From: Marinicella sp.
GTDB lineage: Bacteria; Pseudomonadota; Gammaproteobacteria; Xanthomonadales; Marinicellaceae
Length of the DNA: 64,000 bases
Reading direction: 5' to 3'
Assembly: GCA_965230295.1 (NCBI GenBank)
Contig: OZ246001.1
Span: 1,248,001-1,312,000, forward strand
Numbering within the stretch: the first letter of the stretch is position 1; each line of letters opens with the position of its first letter. A model generated the notes under the pieces. It searched no databases and was not told the DNA's origin. It saw nothing but the letters and a program-made list of their open reading frames with translations. The translations under genes and the position numbers were made by a program. Shown piece after piece: positions 9,142-18,609 of the stretch.

Positions 9142-11258
9142 AAGGCGATACATCGATCCAAAGAATCTTACTGATCATTGTGCTCAGCGTTTTGACTTTG
9201 CCTTATGTGATGCAAGTACTGTTGTCCCGAGGCAGCTTGTTACCTGATGAAGCCGAATTAGAAACCTTACAATGGTTCACTGAATTGAAAAGCATCAGAA
9301 ACCTCGTCACCCATCACCAAAATCAAACCAACCAATGGCCACAATCGCTCAACGAACTGATCTACAACTTTGGTAAACCCCGTTACCAAGAACTGGATCT
9401 TTCGATTGAATTTCAAATCACCAGCACACCCGGTAAGCGCATCAAAAGTAACGAATTACAAGGCTCACAAATTGTTTTGAAATATGGCACTGGTTGGCAC
9501 TGCGTGCCTGATAAAACGACCATTCCTGATGCCTACAAACCCATCGAATGTGGCGGTTCATTGCGAAGCACAACCCAACGTTCTTTACCATCGGAAAAGA
9601 CCATGCACATCATTGCCATCATTGCCCTGCTGGGCATTGTGATTGGGGTGGTGTTTTATCACCCAACCATCAGATTATTGCGAGGTCGTGAATTCTCCTT
9701 AGCCACCCAAAGATTGGTGGATCTCAGAAAGCTGTCTCTGTTAACCCGGTTATCAGGTTTACAACCCAACATCCTGCAGGCCAATGATTTGAACAGCCGG
9801 TCCTGGCAGAAGGTTGCTACTTTTCGGTCATTGCCTGCGAAACAAAAGATCAATTGGTTCAAAAGGGTGTGGCCTACCCAACAGATTAAAAATGTCAAAC
9901 CCCAACTGTTTCATGTTCAACTCGACCCTGAGTTTGTATTGAACATGGATAATTTGTATCTCTACATGGCTGACAAGGGCATCAGCATCAATCGCATCAA
10001 AAGCCACCTCAAGCAAGCCAACATAGACCATCAAGCAGTGCTGATTTGGGCAGAAGACCCGGCATTGAGCCAACAATTACAAGTTCATCGGTCTCGGTTC
10101 CAACAGCCCGTTCTACTGCCCAACCAACAGCAAATGACTCAGTTACTGGTGGCCAAATATGCCAGCCAAACATGGATTGATTTGATGGTCTCATTCCTGC
10201 CGATCAACCAATTGTCTCCTTATCAGGGCAAGGGCGGGATTTTAAAATCCAGCCACTTCTATGGACGCGAGCACATTTTAGATCAACTGAAAAACAACAC
10301 CCAATCGTGCTTCTTGTTGGTCGGTGGTCGACAATTGGGTAAGACATCGATTCTCAAAGCTTATGAACGACTGCTGAAACATTCAGCCAGACACCACTGT
10401 TTTTACATTTCCATGTCTGATGATCGATTAATGGCCAGGTTGGCGTACCACTTAAAGATCACTGAATATGCTGATTTGACAGACTTGCTCAACCAATACC
10501 ATCAACTCAATCCTGGTATTGAGTTGGTCTTGCTGCTGGATGAAACAGATCGATTCATCGCGACTGAAGTGACCCATGATTTTCCTTTGTTGGCAGAGGT
10601 TCGCGCGTGTGCTGAACAAGGGTTGGGTCAAATGGTGTTTGCCGGTTTCTGGGATTTGTATGCCAGTGCTGTTTTGGATTACCAGTCACCGATCAGAAAT
10701 TTTGCTGAAGTCATCACTGTAGGCGCTCTTCAAGCCATGCCAGCCAAGCGCTTATTAACAGAACCCATGACTGTTCTGAAACAGCATTACAGCAACCAGG
10801 AAGTGATTGAATATGCGTTGAACCAAACCGGCCATCGGGCCAATTTACTCAACCTGATTGGTGAGTCTTTGGTCGAACAACTGGCCCAAAAAGCGCAGCC
10901 AATCGATCAGACAATGATTGATGAAGCCTTACAAAGTCAGACCATGTTTGATGCCTTACAAGGCTGGTCCCAATTGACCAGAGATCCTGATGCCTCTGCA
11001 TTGGACCGCATGGTTGTGTATCTGACATTTATCCATCAACAAATTGACTTGACACTGATCTTGCAGCATTTACAACAAGCTCAAGTCCCAATCGATGCTG
11101 AACAACTGAAACAAGCATTGCAGCGACTGCGTTTGGCCCACATCTTGGAAAAAAACAACGATCATTACTGTTTTTCAGTGCCATTATTTACTCAACAACA
11201 CAGCGTACAGGAAGCCAAGGCCCTGTTAGCACAAGAGTGCCAAAACCACCACAGTTGA
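9138..11258 (+). CDS. Membrane-anchored STAND-class ATPase with an extracytoplasmic pilin-like domain
   Basis: TM near aa 9-28; helix plus WHC...PIEC pilin-like disulfide loop (aa 120-138); second TM near aa 156-174; SPY...FYGRE, Walker A GGRQLGKTS (aa 396), Walker B LLLDETD and a wHTH-like tail. The TTG start overlaps the upstream TGA. Confidence 0.75.
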   Translation: MKGDTSIQRILLIIVLSVLTLPYVMQVLLSRGSLLPDEAELETLQWFTELKSIRNLVTHHQNQTNQWPQSLNELIYNFGKPRYQELDLSIEFQITSTPGKRIKSNELQGSQIVLKYGTGWHCVPDKTTIPDAYKPIECGGSLRSTTQRSLPSEKTMHIIAIIALLGIVIGVVFYHPTIRLLRGREFSLATQRLVDLRKLSLLTRLSGLQPNILQANDLNSRSWQKVATFRSLPAKQKINWFKRVWPTQQIKNVKPQLFHVQLDPEFVLNMDNLYLYMADKGISINRIKSHLKQANIDHQAVLIWAEDPALSQQLQVHRSRFQQPVLLPNQQQMTQLLVAKYASQTWIDLMVSFLPINQLSPYQGKGGILKSSHFYGREHILDQLKNNTQSCFLLVGGRQLGKTSILKAYERLLKHSARHHCFYISMSDDRLMARLAYHLKITEYADLTDLLNQYHQLNPGIELVLLLDETDRFIATEVTHDFPLLAEVRACAEQGLGQMVFAGFWDLYASAVLDYQSPIRNFAEVITVGALQAMPAKRLLTEPMTVLKQHYSNQEVIEYALNQTGHRANLLNLIGESLVEQLAQKAQPIDQTMIDEALQSQTMFDALQGWSQLTRDPDASALDRMVVYLTFIHQQIDLTLILQHLQQAQVPIDAEQLKQALQRLRLAHILEKNNDHYCFSVPLFTQQHSVQEAKALLAQECQNHHS

Positions 11259-11269
11259 CAAAACGTCAA
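11255..11269. promoter_or_regulatory. Palindrome TTGAC-N5-GTCAA, possible operator
   Basis: Perfect 5-bp arms overlapping the ATPase stop codon and lying upstream of the next two genes. Short enough to arise by chance. Confidence 0.25.
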
Positions 11270-11409
11270 GTCTACACATCAAGCACTGGACAACATCACC
11301 ACGACACGGTTAATACCTCTTCGTAAAATGCCCATAATCTGATCACGACAGCATACTTTCATGGCTGTTGGTCAGTGTAAACACAACCCATAACCAAAAG
11401 GAAAGAACC

Positions 11410-11910
11410 ATGAAAAATCATTTACCAGTGATCGGCTTGATGGGCTTAATGATCACCCAATGGAGCCAGAGTCATGCTGCAGAAATCAACACAAAAGATG
11501 TCATCGCCATCCATGAATCATTCATCGATGCCATCAAAGATCGGGATTTCACAGTGTATGAAAAGTACTTACACAAAGACACCAAAATTTTTGTTGATTT
11601 AGACCCAGCACCAGGCAATGAATTACAACGAATAGAACTGGATGAATTCAAAGAATTGGCGTTGATGTCATTGCAATTGGCAGATGAGATTGATGTTGTT
11701 GAAGACCTCATCAAAGTGGACCATAACAAACAGAATAACGAAGTGGCCATTTACTCAAGAAGTACAGTTAACATGACCATGATGGGCACCCACATCACTG
11801 AAATTGCTGAAGGAATTACTGTCTACGGGGTGAGAGAAGGGTCAATCAAAATATTGTCCATCAGCGATCAGGTGATTGAATCATCAATCAAAAAAGCCAC
11901 AAATGATTAA
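11410..11910 (+). CDS. Secreted NTF2/SnoaL-like (DUF4440-like) protein
   Basis: Signal peptide ending SHA-A; helix FIDAIKDRDF followed by long beta strands. AAGGA RBS before ATG 11410. Confidence 0.6.
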   Translation: MKNHLPVIGLMGLMITQWSQSHAAEINTKDVIAIHESFIDAIKDRDFTVYEKYLHKDTKIFVDLDPAPGNELQRIELDEFKELALMSLQLADEIDVVEDLIKVDHNKQNNEVAIYSRSTVNMTMMGTHITEIAEGITVYGVREGSIKILSISDQVIESSIKKATND

Positions 11911-11956
11911 TTATTAAATGTAGAAAATCGGCCTCAGTGGCCACAGGAGCAATACC

Positions 11957-12478
11957 ATGTTAAAAATTAAAGTCAAAGACAGCACCCACCAAGTCATCTC
12001 TGTAATCAGCAAATACTTATGTATCATCGGATTCATTGGAACCGTTGGATTTTTTGGCTACTCGATGATTAAAAATTATCAGGAAGCGACCACCATCTTG
12101 AATGATGCCCAAGTGATTGATGCGGATTTGATGTTGACTGATGTGACTGTTGAAAGTGGTCGCAAAGGCCGGTCCAAAAATGTTTATGAGTTCACTTATT
12201 CTTATGAAGCTGGCGGACAACTGTATGAGAAGTCTTTCACCACCAGTGAAAACAACGCCGATAAATACGTTGATGAAACCACCATCCCGGTGGCCTATGC
12301 CAAATCCAATCCAGAACTGTCCGGCAAACTCAAGCAACTGGAGAAAAACAGCAGCATAGGCAGTTTAACCTGGCGTGGATTGGTGGCCTTGTTGGGTTTG
12401 ATGTTTCTAGCCGCAGTGATACATGGCATCATCACCGGTGTCTTGTTCATCAACAAAGACAATCCAGAAACCGAATAA
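11957..12478 (+). CDS. DUF3592-like membrane protein
   Basis: TM, then a beta domain (YEFTYSYEAGGQLY...IPVAYAKSNP), then TM. AGGAG RBS. Confidence 0.65.
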   Translation: MLKIKVKDSTHQVISVISKYLCIIGFIGTVGFFGYSMIKNYQEATTILNDAQVIDADLMLTDVTVESGRKGRSKNVYEFTYSYEAGGQLYEKSFTTSENNADKYVDETTIPVAYAKSNPELSGKLKQLEKNSSIGSLTWRGLVALLGLMFLAAVIHGIITGVLFINKDNPETE

Positions 12479-12500
12479 AGTAACTGACTGACACCTCTAA

Positions 12501-12536
12501 GCAGAGGTTTCTGTCTGATCTGGCAGTGACCTCTGC
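12501..12536. terminator. Hairpin between convergent genes
   Basis: GCAGAGGT...ACCTCTGC arms with an inner CTGTC/GGCAG stem; no clear U-tract. Confidence 0.45.
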
Positions 12537-12538
12537 AC

Positions 12539-14029
12539 TCAAGATTTCACATCTTCTTTAGTTACCCAGATTTCTGTGCGGTTGTTCCGATAACGCCCCA
12601 CTTCACTGTCATTGCTGTCGATGGGCAACTGATTGCCCAAAGCGATTATTTCCACATTTCTGATCCCCCTTTGTTTCAACTCATAAGCCAACAACTTACT
12701 GCGGATGAAAGCCCGTGTTTGGTCGGCTTTTTCATTCTGAGATTCACCCGCCGAAAAACCGATTAAAGTGATTTTCTTGTGCGGTGTTTGATTCAGGTAA
12801 GTCACCAGGTGATTGATGTCTTGAGCAGACTTGTTGTCAATTTCTGCTCGGTCAGATCGCATCCTAAAGGTGGTGGAGAGCCGAACTCCGTTCAATGCAA
12901 TTTGCTGATATTTTATTGGAAATTCATGATCAATATAGGGCAGCGTGCTGGTGATTTTTTGTGGTATAAAACTGACTTGCTCAACCAATTGTTGTCCTGT
13001 GCCCGAAACAGCAAAATCTATCAACCCCGACACATGACTGTTTTCAGAACGTTCTTTATTGGCATACAAAAACAAACGCCGACTGAGGGCATAATCTTCT
13101 GAACTGATTGAAAACTGTTTGGGCTCGATGGCGGCAATCCCCACATCAGCAGATACTTTTAGAATCATGTCTTTTGAGGCATAGGCCAAACCGGTAAAAC
13201 CAATTGCTGATTCGTCAAGAGCCACTGATTTCGCCAACAACTCATTGGATTCATATCGGCTGGCTGGTGCCAGCTGTTTGTTGTATTTTTTTAATACCAG
13301 AGATTTAAAAGTATCATAGGTTCCAGATTGGTCATCCCTGGCATACAATGACATGGGTAAATCTTTTCCTCCTAATTCGGACCAGTTGGTTATTTCACCC
13401 GCAAAGACCTTTGACAATTGATCCACTGTGATAGTTTTTATTGGGTTGCCGGGATGGGTGATGATGGCCAGGCCATCCAATGCAATCACATGTTCGCTTT
13501 CCGAATTGGTCATGTCACCATATTTGATCAACAAATCTAAATTCTCACTGTGTTTAATCCGCCTTGAAGACATCGCCACATCGGTTTTGTTGGCAATCAA
13601 GGATTTGAATCCCGTACTTGATCCATGAGCCTTGATTTCTATGGCCACCACTTTGTTCTGATCTGGCAAAAATCCAATGACCTGCATTTCATTTTCGGTG
13701 GTTAAAGGCTTGCTGATGGTGACCTCTGAACCCAGCTGTCTGATATAGGCTGCAGCCAATGCAGGTGCCAATTTGTCACCAATGGTGTTTGATCCATCCA
13801 TACGTAAAATGACTTCTGCTTGGGCAGTTAACAAATCTGGAGGGGCGAGGCGCGTGGCGGTTTTCTCGACAACTGGTGTTTGGGTTTCAGTTTGAAAGAC
13901 CTCTTGCTGATCAACGGCTTCATCATCGGGATGATTCTCTGTAAAAAATTTAAAATAAAAGACAATGGCACCGAAGATCAAAAAGGCAACGATGAGGATT
14001 TCAAACAAATAACTTTTGATTTGATTCAT
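12539..14029 (-). CDS. PstS-like phosphate-binding protein fused to an OmpA-like peptidoglycan-binding domain
   Basis: GSNTIG, HGSSTG, MSSR and RDDQSGT (PstS-type motifs); C-terminal GRYRNNRTEIW (OmpA_C-like); N-terminal TM anchor. Confidence 0.85.
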   Translation of the reverse strand: MNQIKSYLFEILIVAFLIFGAIVFYFKFFTENHPDDEAVDQQEVFQTETQTPVVEKTATRLAPPDLLTAQAEVILRMDGSNTIGDKLAPALAAAYIRQLGSEVTISKPLTTENEMQVIGFLPDQNKVVAIEIKAHGSSTGFKSLIANKTDVAMSSRRIKHSENLDLLIKYGDMTNSESEHVIALDGLAIITHPGNPIKTITVDQLSKVFAGEITNWSELGGKDLPMSLYARDDQSGTYDTFKSLVLKKYNKQLAPASRYESNELLAKSVALDESAIGFTGLAYASKDMILKVSADVGIAAIEPKQFSISSEDYALSRRLFLYANKERSENSHVSGLIDFAVSGTGQQLVEQVSFIPQKITSTLPYIDHEFPIKYQQIALNGVRLSTTFRMRSDRAEIDNKSAQDINHLVTYLNQTPHKKITLIGFSAGESQNEKADQTRAFIRSKLLAYELKQRGIRNVEIIALGNQLPIDSNDSEVGRYRNNRTEIWVTKEDVKS

Positions 14030-14073
14030 GACAAAGAACAATGATTTAATTAATTGAATTGTTCTCTGGTGTC

Positions 14074-14091
14074 ATTTCAATTTAATGACAA
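14074..14091 (-). promoter_or_regulatory. Pho-box-like direct repeat
   Basis: Minus strand reads TTGTCAT-TAAA-TTGAAAT with an 11-bp period, similar to the PhoB consensus CTGTCAT-N4-CTGTCAY, about 45 bp upstream of a PstS-like gene. Confidence 0.45.
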
Positions 14092-14133
14092 ATTAAATGA
14101 TTTATTCTTTTTATTACATTTGTTTCTAAGACA

Positions 14134-14910
14134 TTAGCCACCAAAAAAACAGCCCGGCATGGTTGATTGGATGTCTTCAAAGTCTCGTGAAGTACATTGC
14201 CACACCAATTGGTGGTTTCTCTCTCTGGGAATCAATACGATCTTGCCACCATCAACACCTGATTTAGCTGTGTATTCAATGGTGATGCGACCGCCTTTAG
14301 AAACAGCTATTGATTTCACTGTGTCATTGGCATAAGACTCAGGTCTGGGTAACCTTAACTTGGTGTTTGAATCTGGAAAACGTCCTTCCATCATATAATA
14401 TTCAGCCACATAGGTTTTGATCATCACTCCAGTTTGTAGTCCGGACGCCCGATAACTGGCATGCAATGCTTGTTTTTGTAGCACTTCATATTGAGCTTTC
14501 ATCTGTTGTTCTTGCTGTTGTTTCGCTGCCAAATCTTCAACCACAGCATCCAGTGTTTCTATTTGTCCTTCAATCACTGTGGATTGTTGCTTTGATTCTT
14601 CCATGCGCTGTTCAATCGCTTCAGACTGACGTTTGGATTCTGCCAGGCGTTGATCTAATAAATCACTTTGCTGCTCAGTCGCTTGCAATTGTTGTTCAAG
14701 GATTTGGGCTTGATTTTCCGCGGCTTCAATCAAAGCTTGTTGTTGATTTACTTGTTCAGCATCCTGAGTGCTGACTGACTTTTGTAACTGTTGTAAAGAC
14801 TCGTGCAGTTGATTCCGTTCTTCTAGCCACTGGCGTTTTTGTTGGTGATTGTCATACAACAAATAAGTCACTAACAGAAGTAATAGGCCTGCTGTTATCT
14901 TGATGTACAT
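14134..14910 (-). CDS. Membrane-anchored coiled-coil protein with a C-terminal pilin-like globular domain
   Basis: N-terminal TM, about 130 aa of Q/E-rich coiled coil, then KTYVAEYYMMEGRFP...GRITIEY...LVWQC...MPGC, typical of a type IV pilin head. No prepilin G/FTLIE motif. Confidence 0.75.
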   Translation of the reverse strand: MYIKITAGLLLLLVTYLLYDNHQQKRQWLEERNQLHESLQQLQKSVSTQDAEQVNQQQALIEAAENQAQILEQQLQATEQQSDLLDQRLAESKRQSEAIEQRMEESKQQSTVIEGQIETLDAVVEDLAAKQQQEQQMKAQYEVLQKQALHASYRASGLQTGVMIKTYVAEYYMMEGRFPDSNTKLRLPRPESYANDTVKSIAVSKGGRITIEYTAKSGVDGGKIVLIPRERNHQLVWQCTSRDFEDIQSTMPGCFFGG

Positions 14911-14995
14911 GGCATCATACCCTCATTGATTCAAAGCTCAATTGTGTCAGGGAATCGTGGCATACAAATGTCGGTATGATGATGTTTTGAGGCAT

Positions 14996-15520
14996 TCAGA
15001 AATCAAAACCATTGGAAAATATCGGGTCATAGAAAGAATATACGCCTGAATTGGTGCTGGCCCCATGTGACTCTCCACAAGTTCCGCCAGGTCCACTGGT
15101 ATTTTGACATACACCATCTTTGAAACCCTGAATGGTGTGTGACTGTACATTAAAATAGATGTCCATGCCTTCAACCACCCCACCTATCATGGTGGTTACT
15201 GGCGCTTTCCAGATGGTGATTCCTGACTCAGTGACTTGATTGCTGCCATTTACGGCCAGAGTGAAAAACAAAATGGTTGAATTGGTTTGATCCAAGGTTT
15301 GCACACCATCTGAAAAACTGTAAGAGACCAAAATAGGGGTGACATCAACCAGACCGGCATTAGGGGTTATGTTCGATGTTGTGACCACCACACCACTGAT
15401 GTTGTCATTGGTAGAATATTGACCATAAACCTCTTCAAAGTTTTCTGTGTCGATTCCATACACTGCTGCCGAAGCATTGAAAAAACAACCTGTTAATAAT
15501 AACCAAGCCCACTTGCGCAT
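14996..15520 (-). CDS. Secreted hypothetical protein with C-terminal DPIFSNGFD tail
   Basis: Signal peptide MRKWAWLLL...ASA-A; beta-rich, S/T/G-rich body with two Cys near the end. Start moved to ATG 15520. Confidence 0.7.
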   Translation of the reverse strand: MRKWAWLLLTGCFFNASAAVYGIDTENFEEVYGQYSTNDNISGVVVTTSNITPNAGLVDVTPILVSYSFSDGVQTLDQTNSTILFFTLAVNGSNQVTESGITIWKAPVTTMIGGVVEGMDIYFNVQSHTIQGFKDGVCQNTSGPGGTCGESHGASTNSGVYSFYDPIFSNGFDF

Positions 15521-15627
15521 AACATCCACCATTTGTGTATCCAACATCAATGATTCTATGCCTGTGCAGTTGATGTGTCAATCAGTGGGGGCAGTATCTA
15601 TTCTTCACTTTGTGGCTAGGACCTGAT

Positions 15628-16419
15628 TTAATTTGATTGATTGATGTGCATTTGCTTGATCAATGAAACCAGAACAAAGCTAAGTAACATCAATAAGAAC
15701 CAAGAAACCAGTTTTGACAAAGAAACCATTTGCCAACCGGCAGCCTGATTAGGATAGATCCAGGTGTTGGTAAAGGTTCCAATATTTTCCGCCAGCCAGA
15801 TAAACAAAGCCACCAAAGTCCAACCCAGCAGCAGCGGCATGTGTCTATATGTATCAATGATTTTAAAATAAATGGTGGTCCGATAAAACATCACAAAAGT
15901 CGCTGTCAACAACAGCCAGCGAATGTCCCATATGAAGTGGTGGGTAAAAAAATTGAGGTAAATCAAAGTGACCAAAATCACTGTATATTTTCTGGCTGGG
16001 TAATGGTCATATCTGAACTCAAATATCCGCCACACTCGGGCCATGTAACTACCCACAGCACTGTACATGAAGCCGGTAAACAAGGGTACATTGCCTATAC
16101 CGAACACATAGGCTTCAGGGTAAGACCAGGAACCTATGGCATCAGAAGTTTTGAACAATTCCATCACTGTGGCCACCGCATGAAACACCACAATGACCAC
16201 CGACTCACGGATGGTTTCCAGTTTGGTTACCAATAAAAAAAACTGGAAGACTATGGCTGATAAAAAAATAAAATCATAACGATGTAGCCCTTCAATCGGG
16301 TACCAGTATTTAGTGATGATGATGACCAACAGCAGAAAGCCACCGAATAAGCAGGCATAGGCTTGTTTCAGACCAAAGATCCAAAATTCATACAGGAATG
16401 TTTTCAGGTGCTTGTTCAT
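15628..16419 (-). CDS. DUF817 family membrane protein
   Basis: [37 protein letters not shown] and [10 protein letters not shown] are characteristic of DUF817. Confidence 0.85.
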   Translation of the reverse strand: MNKHLKTFLYEFWIFGLKQAYACLFGGFLLLVIIITKYWYPIEGLHRYDFIFLSAIVFQFFLLVTKLETIRESVVIVVFHAVATVMELFKTSDAIGSWSYPEAYVFGIGNVPLFTGFMYSAVGSYMARVWRIFEFRYDHYPARKYTVILVTLIYLNFFTHHFIWDIRWLLLTATFVMFYRTTIYFKIIDTYRHMPLLLGWTLVALFIWLAENIGTFTNTWIYPNQAAGWQMVSLSKLVSWFLLMLLSFVLVSLIKQMHINQSN

Positions 16420-16526
16420 CAGCAGTCGTCATGTATTGATAAGTTGACTGCATCTTAAAACGTATTTAAGTCCTTGAGGTGGCGAATTAGTGATTAAATA
16501 TGTCCTTACATTTTCTCGGAGAATCA

Positions 16527-16553
16527 GACAGCCTGATGAATCATCAGGCTGTC
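16527..16553 (-). terminator. Hairpin downstream of the AbgT-family gene
   Basis: Perfect 13-bp inverted repeat GACAGCCTGATGA-A-TCATCAGGCTGTC; weak U-tract. Confidence 0.55.
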
Positions 16554-16566
16554 CAATGAACGCGCC

Positions 16567-18105
16567 TTATCCAGCTGGATAAACATAGCTGGCTTGTAAC
16601 CCTAAGGGCATACCCAAGCCCCAATAAGCCAACAGGAACAAGGTCCAACCAATCAAAAATGCAATGGAGAATGGAATCATCAGGGCGATCAACGTGCCGA
16701 CCCCGGTGTCTTTAACATATTTCTGACAATACACCACCACCAATGGAAAATATGGCATCAACGGGGTGATGATGTTGGAGCTGGAATCGCCCACACGATA
16801 GGCCGCTTGAGTTAAATCAGGCGAAATGCCTAATTGCATCAGCATCGGTACAAAGATGGGCGCTAATAAGGCCCATTTGCCTGAAGCGGAACCCACAAAT
16901 AGGTTCACAAAAGCTGTTAAGAATATGATCCCAACGATGGTCACGCCACTTGGCAATGCCAGGGATTTCAAAAATTGTGCGCCTTCAATGGCCATCAAGG
17001 CACCCAGATTTGATTGAGCAAAGGCCGCCACAAACAAGGCACAGAAGAACACCATCACCAGATAATAGGACATACCAGACATGGCTTTGGTCATGGCATC
17101 GATCATGTCTTTGGTGTTTTTAAAGGTCCCGGAAACAAAACCATAAACGGCACCAGGAATCCAGAATAGCAAGAAAATCAATGGCACAATCGATTGCATC
17201 ATGGGTGCTTGAAAAACAGCCAACTCACCTTCATACCTCAAAGGAGAATCAGGCGACCAGGCGGCCCAAACCAACAATGCAATACCCACCAACATCACGG
17301 TAGAAGCGATGTAAAAAGATTTTCTTTCAGTACTTGAAATTTCATCCAATTTGGGCAAATCTTCCGTGTCACCATCCATCTTGGTGTCCTTTAAGCGTGG
17401 CTCAATGATCTTGTCCGTGATGTACCAACCCACCAAAATAATAAACAAACTGGAAACAGATGTGAAGAACCAGTTGTTCAATGGATTAACCGCCATATCA
17501 GGCTGGATGATTTGTGCTGCACTTTGGGTGAAACTTTGTAGCAAAGGATCAATTCCTGAGGGCACAAAATTAGCACTGAAACCGCCACTGACCCCTGCGA
17601 ATGCAGCGGCAATACCGGCCAATGGGTGCCTACCCATGGCATAATAAATCACACCTGCCAGAGGAATCACCAATACATAGCCGGCATCTGTCGCCGTGTG
17701 ACTGACAATGGCTACCAATATGATGGTCGGTGTCAACAATGCTTTTGGCGTTCTGCGCAGCATCAGTTTAATCGCGGTATTGATGTAGCCGGAGTGTTCA
17801 GCCACCCCGACACCCATCATGGCTACCAGGACCACGCCCAAAGGTGCAAAGCCGGTGAATGTCGTCACCATGGTTGACAGGAAATTGGCCAAGGCATCAC
17901 CTGTCAACAAATTGTTGATGATAATGGGCCCATCGGTTCGTGGGTCGATGGCACTGAAATCTACGCCTGATAACATCCAGGACAGCACCCAAATCAGCAA
18001 CAAGGCAAATAAGAAAATGATGGCCGGATCGGGTAGTTTGTTACCCACACGTTCTACGGCGTTGAGAAAGCGGGCTACAGCCCCCGGCTTGGTGGTTTCT
18101 GTCAT
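16567..18105 (-). CDS. AbgT family transporter
   Basis: ERVGNKLPDP, GRHPLAG, GVSGGFSAN, NPLNNWFF and AAYRVGDSSSNIITP. Confidence 0.93.
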   Translation of the reverse strand: MTETTKPGAVARFLNAVERVGNKLPDPAIIFLFALLLIWVLSWMLSGVDFSAIDPRTDGPIIINNLLTGDALANFLSTMVTTFTGFAPLGVVLVAMMGVGVAEHSGYINTAIKLMLRRTPKALLTPTIILVAIVSHTATDAGYVLVIPLAGVIYYAMGRHPLAGIAAAFAGVSGGFSANFVPSGIDPLLQSFTQSAAQIIQPDMAVNPLNNWFFTSVSSLFIILVGWYITDKIIEPRLKDTKMDGDTEDLPKLDEISSTERKSFYIASTVMLVGIALLVWAAWSPDSPLRYEGELAVFQAPMMQSIVPLIFLLFWIPGAVYGFVSGTFKNTKDMIDAMTKAMSGMSYYLVMVFFCALFVAAFAQSNLGALMAIEGAQFLKSLALPSGVTIVGIIFLTAFVNLFVGSASGKWALLAPIFVPMLMQLGISPDLTQAAYRVGDSSSNIITPLMPYFPLVVVYCQKYVKDTGVGTLIALMIPFSIAFLIGWTLFLLAYWGLGMPLGLQASYVYPAG

Positions 18106-18176
18106 GGTGTCCTCCGAAAAAATTCAACCATGGTTATACCCAATTCAAGACTTAGATTCAAGGTAGATTTTCGATT

Positions 18177-18578
18177 CTAAGCACCCAACATAGGCAAGTG
18201 CTTAATTTTATGATAACGCAATGACAAGGCAACACAATGCCTGAATGCTGGCCATGAAACTTTATCTGAGGTTTGAAAAACCATGGCCCGGTTGCCTTCA
18301 AAGGTAAATAAATCAGGATAAATTTCCTTGAATGTCTCGACTAAAGTGGTCTGACAGTTGAAGTAAACTGCATACTGATCAGGATGTTTCACTTTCCAAT
18401 CAAACCTGACGGCACTACCACCTTTGACTCCGTAGCTGGGCTCACCCCATTTCAAAGATTCAAGAAGTTTGAGACCTTGCTCCTCTGCAGCGAGAAAAAT
18501 TTGTTCCCTGATTTGCAACAACAATGGGGCCACTTCAACCGGGTAGCTTGCCATTTTATTTTTAACGGCTTGCTCCAT
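18177..18578 (-). CDS. DUF1801 (YdhG-like) protein
   Basis: ESLKWGEPSY and YFNCQTTLVETF...FEGNRA. Confidence 0.8.
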   Translation of the reverse strand: MEQAVKNKMASYPVEVAPLLLQIREQIFLAAEEQGLKLLESLKWGEPSYGVKGGSAVRFDWKVKHPDQYAVYFNCQTTLVETFKEIYPDLFTFEGNRAMVFQTSDKVSWPAFRHCVALSLRYHKIKHLPMLGA

Positions 18579-18585
18579 CTTTACT

Positions 18586-18609
18586 CTAGGGCCTGTTAAC
18601 AGGTCCTAG
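18586..18609. mobile_element. Palindromic micro-insertion (MITE/IS scar) flanked by CTAG
   Basis: CTAG-GGCCTGTTAACAGGTC-CTAG, a 24-bp palindrome with one mismatched pair. A degenerate second copy is at 41424-41446. Confidence 0.55.
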
